Source: an uncultured Gammaproteobacteria bacterium
GTDB taxonomy: Bacteria; Pseudomonadota; Gammaproteobacteria; GCA-001735895
Assembly: GCA_947260025.1 (NCBI GenBank)
Contig: CAMYON010000029.1
Span: 10,243-74,242 of the forward strand
Reading direction: 5' to 3'
DNA: 64,000 nucleotides
In this document: positions 19,100 through 27,700 of the stretch, one piece after another
Layout: the number at the start of each line of letters is the position of its first letter
Numbering within the stretch: position 1 is the first letter of the stretch
Translations under genes and position numbers: made by a program
Notes under the pieces: model-generated
Seen by the model: the letters and a program-made list of their open reading frames with translations, nothing else
What the model was told of the DNA's origin: nothing
The model's database searches: none

Positions 19100-20416
19100 T
19101 CAATCGCCATCCAGCGTCTCGACCCGGATACGGTGGACATCCCCATGCACGACGTCGAGTCCGGTTATCGCCGCGATCGCATCGTCCATCTGCTGCTCCC
19201 GGATCTTTTGCGTCAGCATGATGATCGTCGCACGGGTAACGCCTGACTCGGGTTCCTTCTGCAGGATTGCCTCGATCGAGATATCGTTATCGCCCATGAT
19301 GCGGGTAATCTCCGCCATCACGCCGGGACGGTCATCGACCCGCATGCGCAGGTAATAGGCGGTCTGGATTTCGCTGATAGGCAAAATGGGAATATCGACG
19401 ATCTGATCGGGTTGAAACGCCAGGTGCGGCACCCGGTTCTGCGCATCGGTGGTAATCGTGCGCGCGACATCGATGATATCGGCAATCACCGCCGAGGCGG
19501 TCGGGTCGGCGCCTGCACCGGCGCCATAGTAGAGCGACGGGCCCAGCTTATCGGCCATCACCAGCACCGCGTTCATGACGCCGTCGACACTTGCTATCAG
19601 GCGTTTTTCCGGAATCAGCGTGGGATGCACTCGCATTTCAATGCCCTGTGCGCTGCGCCGGGCAACGCCGAGATGCTTGATGCGATAACCCAGCTGGCCG
19701 GCATAGACGACATCTTCGGCGGAAACGCCGCCGATGCCTTCGGTATAAACCGCGTCGAACTGCAGCGGAATGCCAAATGCGATCGACGACAAAATACAAA
19801 GCTTGTGCGCCGCGTCGATTCCCTCGATATCGAAGGTAGGATCCGCCTCCGCGTATCCCAGCGCTTGCGCCTCGGCCAGCACGTCATCGAAATCGCGCCC
19901 TTTGTCCCGCATCTCGGTAAGGATGAAATTACCGGTGCCGTTAATGATACCTGCCACCGATTCGATATGATTCGCGCTCAAGCCTTCGCGAATCGACTTG
20001 ATGATCGGAATACCACCGGCAACGGCGGCTTCGAATACGACATTGATCCCCTGATGCTGGGCCGCGGCAAAAATTTCGTTACCATGCAGGGCGATCATCG
20101 CCTTGTTGGCGGTGACCACGTGCTTGCCGTTTTCGATCGCCTGCATCACCAGTTGCAGTGCCGGCTCGTAGCCGCCGATCAGTTCGATGACGATATCGAT
20201 CTCGGGGTTGTTAACGACCTCGAACGGATCGGCTACCAGCTCGATATCACCGCTACCCGTTGGCATGCCAGCGCCAACATCACGCCGCGACGCCTGCACG
20301 ATCTCGATCTTGCGGCCCGCACGGCGGGCTATTTCGGCGGCATTGTTTTGCAGCACCAGCGCGGTGCTCGCGCCCACGGTACCAACGCCAAGTAAACCAA
20401 GTTTTACCGGTTTCAA
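19100..20416 (-). CDS. hom: Homoserine dehydrogenase with C-terminal ACT domain
   Basis: GLLGVGTVG, VVTANKA, GIINGTGNFIL, GYAEADP; TTG start at 20416 after GGAG. Confidence 0.96.
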   Translation of the reverse strand: MKPVKLGLLGVGTVGASTALVLQNNAAEIARRAGRKIEIVQASRRDVGAGMPTGSGDIELVADPFEVVNNPEIDIVIELIGGYEPALQLVMQAIENGKHVVTANKAMIALHGNEIFAAAQHQGINVVFEAAVAGGIPIIKSIREGLSANHIESVAGIINGTGNFILTEMRDKGRDFDDVLAEAQALGYAEADPTFDIEGIDAAHKLCILSSIAFGIPLQFDAVYTEGIGGVSAEDVVYAGQLGYRIKHLGVARRSAQGIEMRVHPTLIPEKRLIASVDGVMNAVLVMADKLGPSLYYGAGAGADPTASAVIADIIDVARTITTDAQNRVPHLAFQPDQIVDIPILPISEIQTAYYLRMRVDDRPGVMAEITRIMGDNDISIEAILQKEPESGVTRATIIMLTQKIREQQMDDAIAAITGLDVVHGDVHRIRVETLDGD

Positions 20417-20548
20417 TACAAGTCTCCAGAAAGCTTTGCAGGGGGATTTTAGACCGCGCAACCTTAAGAAATGTATACCCGGGTGTCAACCACGAGTAAC
20501 GCTGCGGCGACGTTGATCACGCAATCGAATTACTTTATTCTGCCGCCC

Positions 20549-20923
20549 ATGCCGCTCTCTGAAGATATCGTCACCAGTCGCCATCGATTCACTTCCTATG
20601 GCCCCGCTTCTGTCACCATCAACGAAGTGGTCTACCGGCAAAGCCTGGTGCTAACTGCCAACGACATCTACAGCCCATGGGCGGTCTCCTCAATCGAGGA
20701 CCTGAACCCCGAAAACCTGGCGCTCGTGCTCGAATCGAAACCCGCGGTTGTCCTGCTCGGTACCGGTGAACAGCAACGCTTTCCCGATGCCAGGACTTTC
20801 GCCCTGTTCGGCGAACAGGGCATCGGCCTCGAAGTCATGGACAATGGCGCGCTGTGCCGCACCTTCAACATCCTCGTCGCCGAAGACCGCGCCGTCACCG
20901 CCGCTGTCATACTTGGCAGCTAG
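20549..20923 (+). CDS. Mth938-like domain protein (DUF498/NDUFAF3)
   Basis: LLGTGEQQRFP, GLEVMDNGALCRTFNILVAEDR. Confidence 0.88.
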   Translation: MPLSEDIVTSRHRFTSYGPASVTINEVVYRQSLVLTANDIYSPWAVSSIEDLNPENLALVLESKPAVVLLGTGEQQRFPDARTFALFGEQGIGLEVMDNGALCRTFNILVAEDRAVTAAVILGS

Positions 20924-20952
20924 GAACTTCTAGCCGTTAAAACGTCCCAGGC

Positions 20953-21060
20953 GGCAACCGCAGGCCACCCTCTCGACTGACCAGTTTGTCTGCGGCTTCC
21001 CAAGAAAGGGTGTTTTCAGGACAACCGGTCTTTATGTCGAGAGGGGGGCCTGCGGTTGCC
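20953..21060 (-). repeat. Structured palindromic element copy C (108 bp, short form)
   Basis: 25-bp arms 20953-20977/21036-21060 (GGCAACCG...CGGTTGCC); on the + strand it shares CGACTGAC, CTGCGGCTTCCC and GTCTTTA.GTCG with copy A. Confidence 0.9.
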
Positions 21061-21321
21061 TCTGAAATAGCATGGAAGACTCATATCCTTTTCTCGGAGA
21101 CCGCAATCAACAATTGACTGCCGTCAGGTTCTAAATAGCTGAGATAATCTTTTCCTGAATTGTCGGAAATAACTCGTTACGCGAGATGAATCGTCGAATC
21201 GCAAGTTGCAATCCCTGAACATGGTTCGACACGTTGGACCGGCAGTACCCAGTATTTTTGGCTGGGCATTCGAATGTTTTCTCGGAAATTAGATTCAGAA
21301 TCGTTGAACATAAAGTCGGAA

Positions 21322-21429
21322 GGCAACCGGAGGCGTCACTTTCGACATAAAGGCCGGTTGTCCTGAACACATACACTCGTGGGAAGCCACAGGCAAACCG
21401 GCCAGTCGAAAGTGACGTCTTCGGTTGCC
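21322..21429 (+). repeat. Structured palindromic element copy D (108 bp), inverted partner of C
   Basis: 25-bp arms 21322-21346/21405-21429; the reverse complement aligns without gaps to copy C. Confidence 0.9.
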
Positions 21430-21446
21430 GTTTGGGAAGATAATGG

Positions 21447-21471
21447 TCCCGCGACCTGGCCGCGGGATGAC
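21447..21471 (-). terminator. GC-rich hairpin just downstream of rpoS (terminator or small REP-like palindrome)
   Basis: TCCCGCG-N7-CGCGGGA followed by TGAC; no clear U-tract. Confidence 0.35.
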
Positions 21472-21480
21472 AGGGAAAGG

Positions 21481-22553
21481 TTATTCTTCGATGATGTTTT
21501 CGCGGGAGTAGCCGCTGTGCTCGAGGATGCGGCGCAGCTTGCGCAGCGCGTCCATCTGGATCTGGCGCACGCGCTCCCGGGTCACGCCGAGCTCGAGCCC
21601 GACTTCTTCCAGCGTGCCGCGCGGATGATTGCGCAAACCGAAACGGCGCACCACGACATCGCGCTGTTTTTCGTCGAGCTCGTCGAGCCAGCTGTCGAGA
21701 TGCTTGATGACGCTTTCGTCCTGCAGGATGCTGGACGGATCGGGATTGCTGTCATCCGGAATCACGTCGAGTAGCGGGCGCTCGCCTTCGCCACCCATCG
21801 GAATATCGAAGGATGACACCCGGTCGGCCAGTTTGAACATTTTCTCGACGTCCTTGACCGGCTTCTTCAACAGCTGGGCGACATCCTCGGGAGTCGCCTC
21901 GCGATTCAATTCCTGGGTCAGCTTGCGCGCCGCCCTGAGGTAAGTGTTCAGTTCCTTGATAACGTGAATCGGCAGGCGAATGGTGCGGGTCTGGTTCATC
22001 AACCCGCGCTCGATAGTCTGCCGTATCCACCAGGTCGCGTAGGTCGAAAAGCGAAAACCGCGTTCCGGATCGAATTTCTCGACCGCGCGGATCAGGCCGA
22101 GATTGCCCTCTTCGATCAAATCCAGCAACGCCAGACCACGATTCATGTAACGCCGTGCGATTTTGACCACCAGGCGCAGGTTGCATTCGATCATCTTGTC
22201 GCGCGCGGCGGTGTCGCCTTTCAACGCGAGGCGTGAGTAGTACACTTCTTCTTCGGCGGTTAACAGCGGGGAGACTTCGATTTCCTTGAGATAAAGCCGC
22301 GTCGGGTCGGCATCGGATCTTCCGGCTTGCGACGCTCGGTGAACTTTTCAGCTTCGATTACCTCTGCGTCATTATCGTCGTCATCGTCGTCGTCATCATC
22401 ATCATCATCATTGATAATGGTCGCTTGCTCGGAATCTTCTTCTTCGTCATCCGCCAGCTTCGCAGCCTCCTGGTCTTCGACAAGGTCTTCCACCAGGTCT
22501 TCGGCTGGTATTTCGGTATCTTCGATAAGCGACTTATCGGTAGATTTGGTCAT
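21481..22553 (-). pseudogene. rpoS: RNA polymerase sigma factor RpoS, frameshifted near 22318
   Basis: Acidic N-terminus in ORF 22260-22553; region 1.2 ([10 protein letters not shown]...LLTAEEE) and regions 2-4 are in a different frame with an upstream TGA and no start of their own; follows nlpD. Confidence 0.88.
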
Positions 22554-22565
22554 CCAGAGGTTCCT

Positions 22566-23285
22566 TTAACGATTGGGTAGATATTTCATGGGATCTACGG
22601 GTTTGCCATTGCGCCGAATTTCAAAATGCAGTTGCGGCGTGTTATCCCTGCTGCCCATTTTTGCGACTACTTTGCCGGCTTTCACCGTAACCCCTTCCTG
22701 CACCAGACGTTCCTGACAATATGCATAGGCACTTAAATAAGTATCACTGTGACGTATAATAATCAGATTACCATAACCCGCCAAACCATTACCACTATAT
22801 ACCACCTTACCATCGGCAACGGCGCGCACCGGCTGCCCAATTTTGCCGGCGATATCAATGCCCCGACGATCGAGCTTCGAGGCCAGAAAAGTATTCAGCG
22901 GTTTGCCTTCGGTGGGCCAGAGCCATTTGTTCGGATCACGACCGCGGGGCTCGCTACTGCTCGGCCTGGTTTTCGCTTTGGTGCTAGTGGTCGGCGTTTT
23001 CCTGGTCGCATCCGACTTGCCGGGAGTCGTCGCGGCAACTACCCCACCCTGGGGTTTCAACAATCGCAGGCGCTGGCCAGGATAGATCGGCTCATTGACG
23101 TCGATCTGGTTCCAGCGCGCCAGTTGCTTGTAGTCGAGGCCGTAGCGCCACGCGATCGAGTAAAGCGTGTCGGATCTTTTTACCGTGTACCAGCCCGGCC
23201 CCCGCGATACCTGGCTCGGCGGACTGACCGTAGCGCAGGAAACCAACATGATCACGGCAAACGCGCTGACGATAGCTGATTTCAT
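22566..23285 (-). CDS. nlpD: LysM/M23 lipoprotein NlpD
   Basis: Lipobox LVSC, LysM (DTLYSIAWRYG), degenerate M23 domain; upstream of rpoS. Confidence 0.92.
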   Translation of the reverse strand: MKSAIVSAFAVIMLVSCATVSPPSQVSRGPGWYTVKRSDTLYSIAWRYGLDYKQLARWNQIDVNEPIYPGQRLRLLKPQGGVVAATTPGKSDATRKTPTTSTKAKTRPSSSEPRGRDPNKWLWPTEGKPLNTFLASKLDRRGIDIAGKIGQPVRAVADGKVVYSGNGLAGYGNLIIIRHSDTYLSAYAYCQERLVQEGVTVKAGKVVAKMGSRDNTPQLHFEIRRNGKPVDPMKYLPNR

Positions 23286-23302
23286 GACCCGAATTCTAAG
23301 GT

Positions 23303-23884
23303 TTACACATTATAAACAGCAATCGCCAGCAGCAGGGCAACGACGATAGCCCAGCCGATAATTTCGATATATTTCAAAAGCCTGGGCTCGATTGCCGGGC
23401 CGAACCTTGCCAGGCACCAGGCCAGCAGGTAGAAACGCGAGCCGCGCCCGATGATCGAGGCCAGTAAAAACGGCAGGATGGCCAGGTTCAGCACCCCGGC
23501 CGCGATGGTGAATATTTTGTAAGGCACCGGGGAAAAGCCGGCCACCAGCACGGCCCAGAAGCCCCATTGGGCAAACCAGTTCATCACCGTCTGGAACCTG
23601 TCCTGGTAGCCCCACTCGACAATCAACGGTTGCGCCAGATCGAACAGAAATGCGCCTATCAGGTAACCAATCAAACCGCCGAGCACGGAAAAAATCAGGG
23701 TCAGTCCCGCCAGCCGCATAGCGCGTTCCGGTTGCGCGAGCGACATCGGTGCCAGCATCACGTCGGGAGGCGGAAACGGCAGAATAAATGATTCGACAAA
23801 ACTCAGCAGCGAGAGGTAATACGGCGCATCTTTTCGCCGCGAAAATCGAATGACCCGGTGGTAAATGGGTTCGAACAGTTGCAC
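23303..23884 (-). CDS. YqaA/DedA family membrane protein
   Basis: SFVESFILPFPPPDVML, GFSPVPYKIFTI; between pcm and nlpD. Confidence 0.88.
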   Translation of the reverse strand: MQLFEPIYHRVIRFSRRKDAPYYLSLLSFVESFILPFPPPDVMLAPMSLAQPERAMRLAGLTLIFSVLGGLIGYLIGAFLFDLAQPLIVEWGYQDRFQTVMNWFAQWGFWAVLVAGFSPVPYKIFTIAAGVLNLAILPFLLASIIGRGSRFYLLAWCLARFGPAIEPRLLKYIEIIGWAIVVALLLAIAVYNV

Positions 23885-24555
23885 TAACCGAGCCCCGGCA
23901 AAAGCGGCACGAATATGACTTTTTCCAGCTCGTCGCAGATCAGGCCATCCGGGCTGCGAGTCACTTTGGTCATCGTCTGATCGGCGCCGTTATCGATTGG
24001 CAGCACCATGATGCCCCCCTCGCTCAACTGCGCCACCAGCGCTTCCGGTATTTCGCTGCAGGCGGCGGTCATGATGATGCGGTCGAAGCGATAGCTGGGA
24101 TTGGGCCAGCCCTCGATGCCGTCCGTGTGGCGCAACTGCACGTTGTATAATTCCAGCTCCGCGAGACGTTTCTTCGCCTGCTGATGCAGCGCCTCGATAC
24201 GCTCGACGCTGTATACCTGCGGAAAAATACTCGCCAGTACCGCGGTCTGGTAGCCGCAACCGGTGCCGATTTCGAGCACCGAGTTACCGACTCCGTCCTC
24301 CAGCAGCAACTGCGTCATGTAGGCCACGATGAAAGGTTGCGAAATCGTCTGCCCGTAACCAATCGGCAACGCGGTATCCTCGTAAGCACGATGCGCCAGC
24401 GCTTCGTCGACGAACAAATGCCTTGGTACGCGGCGCATCACGTCGAGCACCTGCTCGTTGTGGATGCCCTGCTCCTGCAATCGGTTGATCAGGCGATCTC
24501 GCGTGCGCTGCGAGGTCATACCGATACCCTGGTGGTTGCGGCCCGCTGGATTCAC
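23884..24555 (-). CDS. pcm: Protein-L-isoaspartate O-methyltransferase
   Basis: VPRHLFV, GQTISQP, VLEIGTGCGYQ. Confidence 0.96.
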   Translation of the reverse strand: MNPAGRNHQGIGMTSQRTRDRLINRLQEQGIHNEQVLDVMRRVPRHLFVDEALAHRAYEDTALPIGYGQTISQPFIVAYMTQLLLEDGVGNSVLEIGTGCGYQTAVLASIFPQVYSVERIEALHQQAKKRLAELELYNVQLRHTDGIEGWPNPSYRFDRIIMTAACSEIPEALVAQLSEGGIMVLPIDNGADQTMTKVTRSPDGLICDELEKVIFVPLLPGLG

Positions 24556-25298
24556 AGTTGAACCAGCCAGTCGCGCAGCGGCTCGATACCCAGGTGACGG
24601 GTCAGATCGATCTGCATCGGGGTAACCGAAGCGATACCGTGTTCAACCGCGTGAAAATCGGTTCCCGGTCCGGCATCCTGGGCTTCCCCCGGCGGACCGA
24701 CCCAGTAGACTGGCCGACCATGGGGATCGCTTTGTTTGACCATGGATTCGGCCTTGTGACGAAAGCCCAGGCGGGTGGCCTGGACCTTCGGCATTTCGTC
24801 TGGCGGCAGATCCGGCACGTTGATATTCAGCAGGGTATCGTCGGGCAGCGGCTCTGCGCTTAGTCGTTCGATGATACGCCGGGTAATTTGCGCCGCGGTC
24901 AGGTAGTGCGTGGCCGGTTTCCCCGCGAGTGATACCGCGATCGCCGGCAATCCCAGGTAACGACCCTCCATCGCCCCCGCAACCGTGCCCGAGTAAAGCA
25001 CGTCGTCACCGAGATTGGGACCGGCGTTGATCCCGGATACCACCATGTCGGGCGCCGGGTCGAGCAATCCGGAAAGCGCCAGGTGAACGCAATCGGTTGG
25101 CGTGCCGTCGACATAGTAAAATCCATCGCTCGACCGTTCCACGCGCAGCGGACGCATCAACGTCAGCGAGTTGCTGGCGCCGCTCTTGTTGCGATCCGGT
25201 GCCACCACGGAAATCCGGGCGACCTGGGCGAGTTCTTGAGCGAGTAATTTGATTCCGGGCGCGAGATAGCCGTCGTCGTTAGTAATGAGAATATGCAT
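24552..25298 (-). CDS. surE: 5'/3'-nucleotidase SurE
   Basis: ILITNDDG, SGASNSLT, GTPTDCV, YSGTVAGAMEG. Confidence 0.97.
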   Translation of the reverse strand: MHILITNDDGYLAPGIKLLAQELAQVARISVVAPDRNKSGASNSLTLMRPLRVERSSDGFYYVDGTPTDCVHLALSGLLDPAPDMVVSGINAGPNLGDDVLYSGTVAGAMEGRYLGLPAIAVSLAGKPATHYLTAAQITRRIIERLSAEPLPDDTLLNINVPDLPPDEMPKVQATRLGFRHKAESMVKQSDPHGRPVYWVGPPGEAQDAGPGTDFHAVEHGIASVTPMQIDLTRHLGIEPLRDWLVQL

Positions 25299-25388
25299 CG
25301 ATCTGGAATTCTATCTGATTTGAATGCAGGTCAAAGAGTATTTTCGGATAATATTGGCGAAAACCGGGTTTTACTACGCGATAAATTC

Positions 25389-25892
25389 ATGAACGACGAC
25401 GATGATTCCGAATTTGCCAGCCTGATGGCGGGCGTCAAGCGACTGCATAGTGATCGCATCAATGTCTATCGGCATCGCGGGCATAAAAAGTTCACGCCCC
25501 GTAGCCAGGATCATAAAGCCGCGGCGCCGGTAAATTTTCCATCCATATCAACACCGGCACGCGACTCGCATTTCAACAGCGGCATGCAAACCAAACTGCA
25601 GCGCCGGATTCGGCAAGGGCAAATCCGGCCCGAGGCCAGTCTCGATCTGCACGGCTACCGGCAACATGAGGCCGAGCAAGCGCTAGCAGAATTTTTTGGG
25701 CACGCACTGCAACGGGGCATGCGCATGGTAATCGTCATACATGGGCAGGGTTATCGTTCGCAAAGCGACGCCGTGCTCAAGCCGCTGGTACAGCGCTGGC
25801 TAGCGTGCCAACCAGGAGTGCTGGCCTGGTGCCCGGCGCAACCCCGTGACGGCGCCGCCGGCGCCAGCTACGTATACCTGCGTTCAAGCTAA
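25389..25892 (+). CDS. Smr/MutS2 family endonuclease
   Basis: LDLHG, VIHGQG, GAAGASYVYL; divergent from surE. Confidence 0.88.
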   Translation: MNDDDDSEFASLMAGVKRLHSDRINVYRHRGHKKFTPRSQDHKAAAPVNFPSISTPARDSHFNSGMQTKLQRRIRQGQIRPEASLDLHGYRQHEAEQALAEFFGHALQRGMRMVIVIHGQGYRSQSDAVLKPLVQRWLACQPGVLAWCPAQPRDGAAGASYVYLRSS

Positions 25893-25906
25893 TAGAAATT
25901 CCTGGT

Positions 25907-26680
25907 TTACTGGAAGTCGACGGGCCAGTTGATTTCGGCAGCGGTGTAGATACCGACGATGACTTCACCCAGGCTCTCGGGCATTCGCGCCTGCCGCGGG
26001 GACAGTGGAATCCGCCCTCCCATGATTTCCGCCCTGGTTTGCGGGTACAGCGGCCGGTTAAACGGCTCGGCATAGCCCTGCGGATGCAAGGGCATACTGC
26101 CGGCATCGTACTTGTCCTTCGCTCCCAGCGTGTGCATCAGCTCGTGGGCAATCACCACCTGGTTGGAACCGCTGTAAGCCTTGTCCGCAAACCCGTTGAT
26201 CAGCGCAATCAACCCGCCCTGCAAGCCGGTGGAATGACGCAGGCTTTGCGTGGTGGCGGTATCGTAATAGCTGACAAACAGCTCGATATCACCGACATCG
26301 CTATCGCTGCTCCAGGCACGTCGCATTGCCCAGGCTCGAAACTTGAGACTCCACCAGATGTTCTCAGCAATGTTCCGTCCCGAGGGTGGCTGCGGCGGGT
26401 GCGACTGCAAACGTCCATCATACTCGATCTGGATCGCCTCGATCGAGACACCGTGGCGTCGTGCTTCGCGATTGATAAATTTTTCGATTGGCTTGAAATC
26501 CTGCGATTCGAGACCGTCGATATATTTATCGGTGGTGCCGCGGCCGTCGCCGCTGACCGCGTAAACCCGCACCCAGAGCGGCCGGTCCCAGCTGGTGGTA
26601 CGAAATTCGTTGACTGCTTCATTCACCGCCACGAACAACAGGATCAGCAGCAGGATCAGGTAGCGCAGATGCTTTCGCAT
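25907..26680 (-). CDS. Membrane-anchored hypothetical protein with zinc-metallopeptidase motif
   Basis: N-terminal TM segment; IAHELMHTLGA (HExxH) and a Met-turn-like EIMGG. Confidence 0.6.
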   Translation of the reverse strand: MRKHLRYLILLLILLFVAVNEAVNEFRTTSWDRPLWVRVYAVSGDGRGTTDKYIDGLESQDFKPIEKFINREARRHGVSIEAIQIEYDGRLQSHPPQPPSGRNIAENIWWSLKFRAWAMRRAWSSDSDVGDIELFVSYYDTATTQSLRHSTGLQGGLIALINGFADKAYSGSNQVVIAHELMHTLGAKDKYDAGSMPLHPQGYAEPFNRPLYPQTRAEIMGGRIPLSPRQARMPESLGEVIVGIYTAAEINWPVDFQ

Positions 26681-26686
26681 GGCGCG

Positions 26687-27700
26687 CTAACCTGCCAGCA
26701 GTTGCTCGGCACGATAGAGCACATCCATGCCAGCGTCTTTTCGGCAGGCGTTTTCGCTCAGATATCGGCGCCAGCGCCGCGCATGCGGTTGCCCGTTGAA
26801 CAGGCCCAACAGGTGTCGCACCACACGCATCAACGGAATCCCCGATTCGAGTTGCTGTTCGATATAGGGATAAAAGCGGTGCAGCATTTCGCTGCGACCA
26901 GGTGTTGCGCACTGCTGACGACCAAAAACGACCTGGTCGACATCGTGCAACAGGTAGGGATTGCTGTAAGGCTCGCGACCGAGCATGACACCGTCGACCT
27001 GCTGCAAATGATCGAGGCAGGCGTCGAGGTTTCTGATACCGCCATTGACGATGATCTGCTGCTCGGGAAAATCCTGCTTCAAACGATATACCCAGTCATA
27101 CTTCAACGGCGGGATCTCGCGATTCTGCTTCGGACTAAGGCCCTGCAGCCAGGCGTTGCGCGCGTGCACGATCAGGGCCGCGGCACCGGCCTCGACCTGC
27201 GCCGCGGCGAAGCCGGCGAAAACATCGTAGTCTTCCTGCTGATCGACGCCGGTACGGTGCTTGACCGTGACCGGTAACGACGATGCCGATTTCAGCGCCG
27301 ATACGCACTCGGCTACCAGCGGCGGCTGCTTCATCAGACAGGCACCGAAGCTGCCGGATTGCACCCGGTCGCTGGGGCAACCGCAGTTCAGGTTGATCTC
27401 GTCGTAGCCGTAATCATGGCAAATCTGCGCCGCGCGATACAGCAACTCCGGGTCCGAACCACCCAGCTGAACCGCCAGCGGATGCTCTTGCTCGCTGAAT
27501 CCCAGCAGCCGATCCCGATCGCCGTGCACGATGGCCGCCGCGGTAACCATTTCGGTATACAGCAGGATATTGTCCGAAAACAGGCGCAGGAAGAAGCGGC
27601 TATGGCGGTCCGAACAGTCCATCATCGGCGCGATACAGAATCGCCGGTTAAGCGTCGAACGCGTTGCCGGGACCAGCGGGATTTCGTTAGCCAGCTGCAT
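26687..27700 (-). CDS. dusA: tRNA dihydrouridine(20/20a) synthase
   Basis: IAPMMD, EINLNCGCPSDRVQ, VHARNAWLQGLSPKQNR. Confidence 0.96.
   Translation of the reverse strand: MQLANEIPLVPATRSTLNRRFCIAPMMDCSDRHSRFFLRLFSDNILLYTEMVTAAAIVHGDRDRLLGFSEQEHPLAVQLGGSDPELLYRAAQICHDYGYDEINLNCGCPSDRVQSGSFGACLMKQPPLVAECVSALKSASSLPVTVKHRTGVDQQEDYDVFAGFAAAQVEAGAAALIVHARNAWLQGLSPKQNREIPPLKYDWVYRLKQDFPEQQIIVNGGIRNLDACLDHLQQVDGVMLGREPYSNPYLLHDVDQVVFGRQQCATPGRSEMLHRFYPYIEQQLESGIPLMRVVRHLLGLFNGQPHARRWRRYLSENACRKDAGMDVLYRAEQLLAG

Noticed and set aside
21131-21376. 81-aa minus-strand ORF in the C/D spacer
   Set aside because: Starts inside element D, has no recognisable motif and atypical composition; probably spurious.
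4449-21429. Elements A-D as integron attC sites (AAC...GTT ends)
   Set aside because: The ends are GGCAAC/GTTGCC rather than RYYYAAC/GTTRRRY, B lacks AAC/GTT at that position, the copies are inverted rather than tandem, and there are no cassette ORFs or intI.
26687-27700. dusA as a genomic-island integration site
   Set aside because: No integrase, duplicated dusA fragment or compositional shift nearby.
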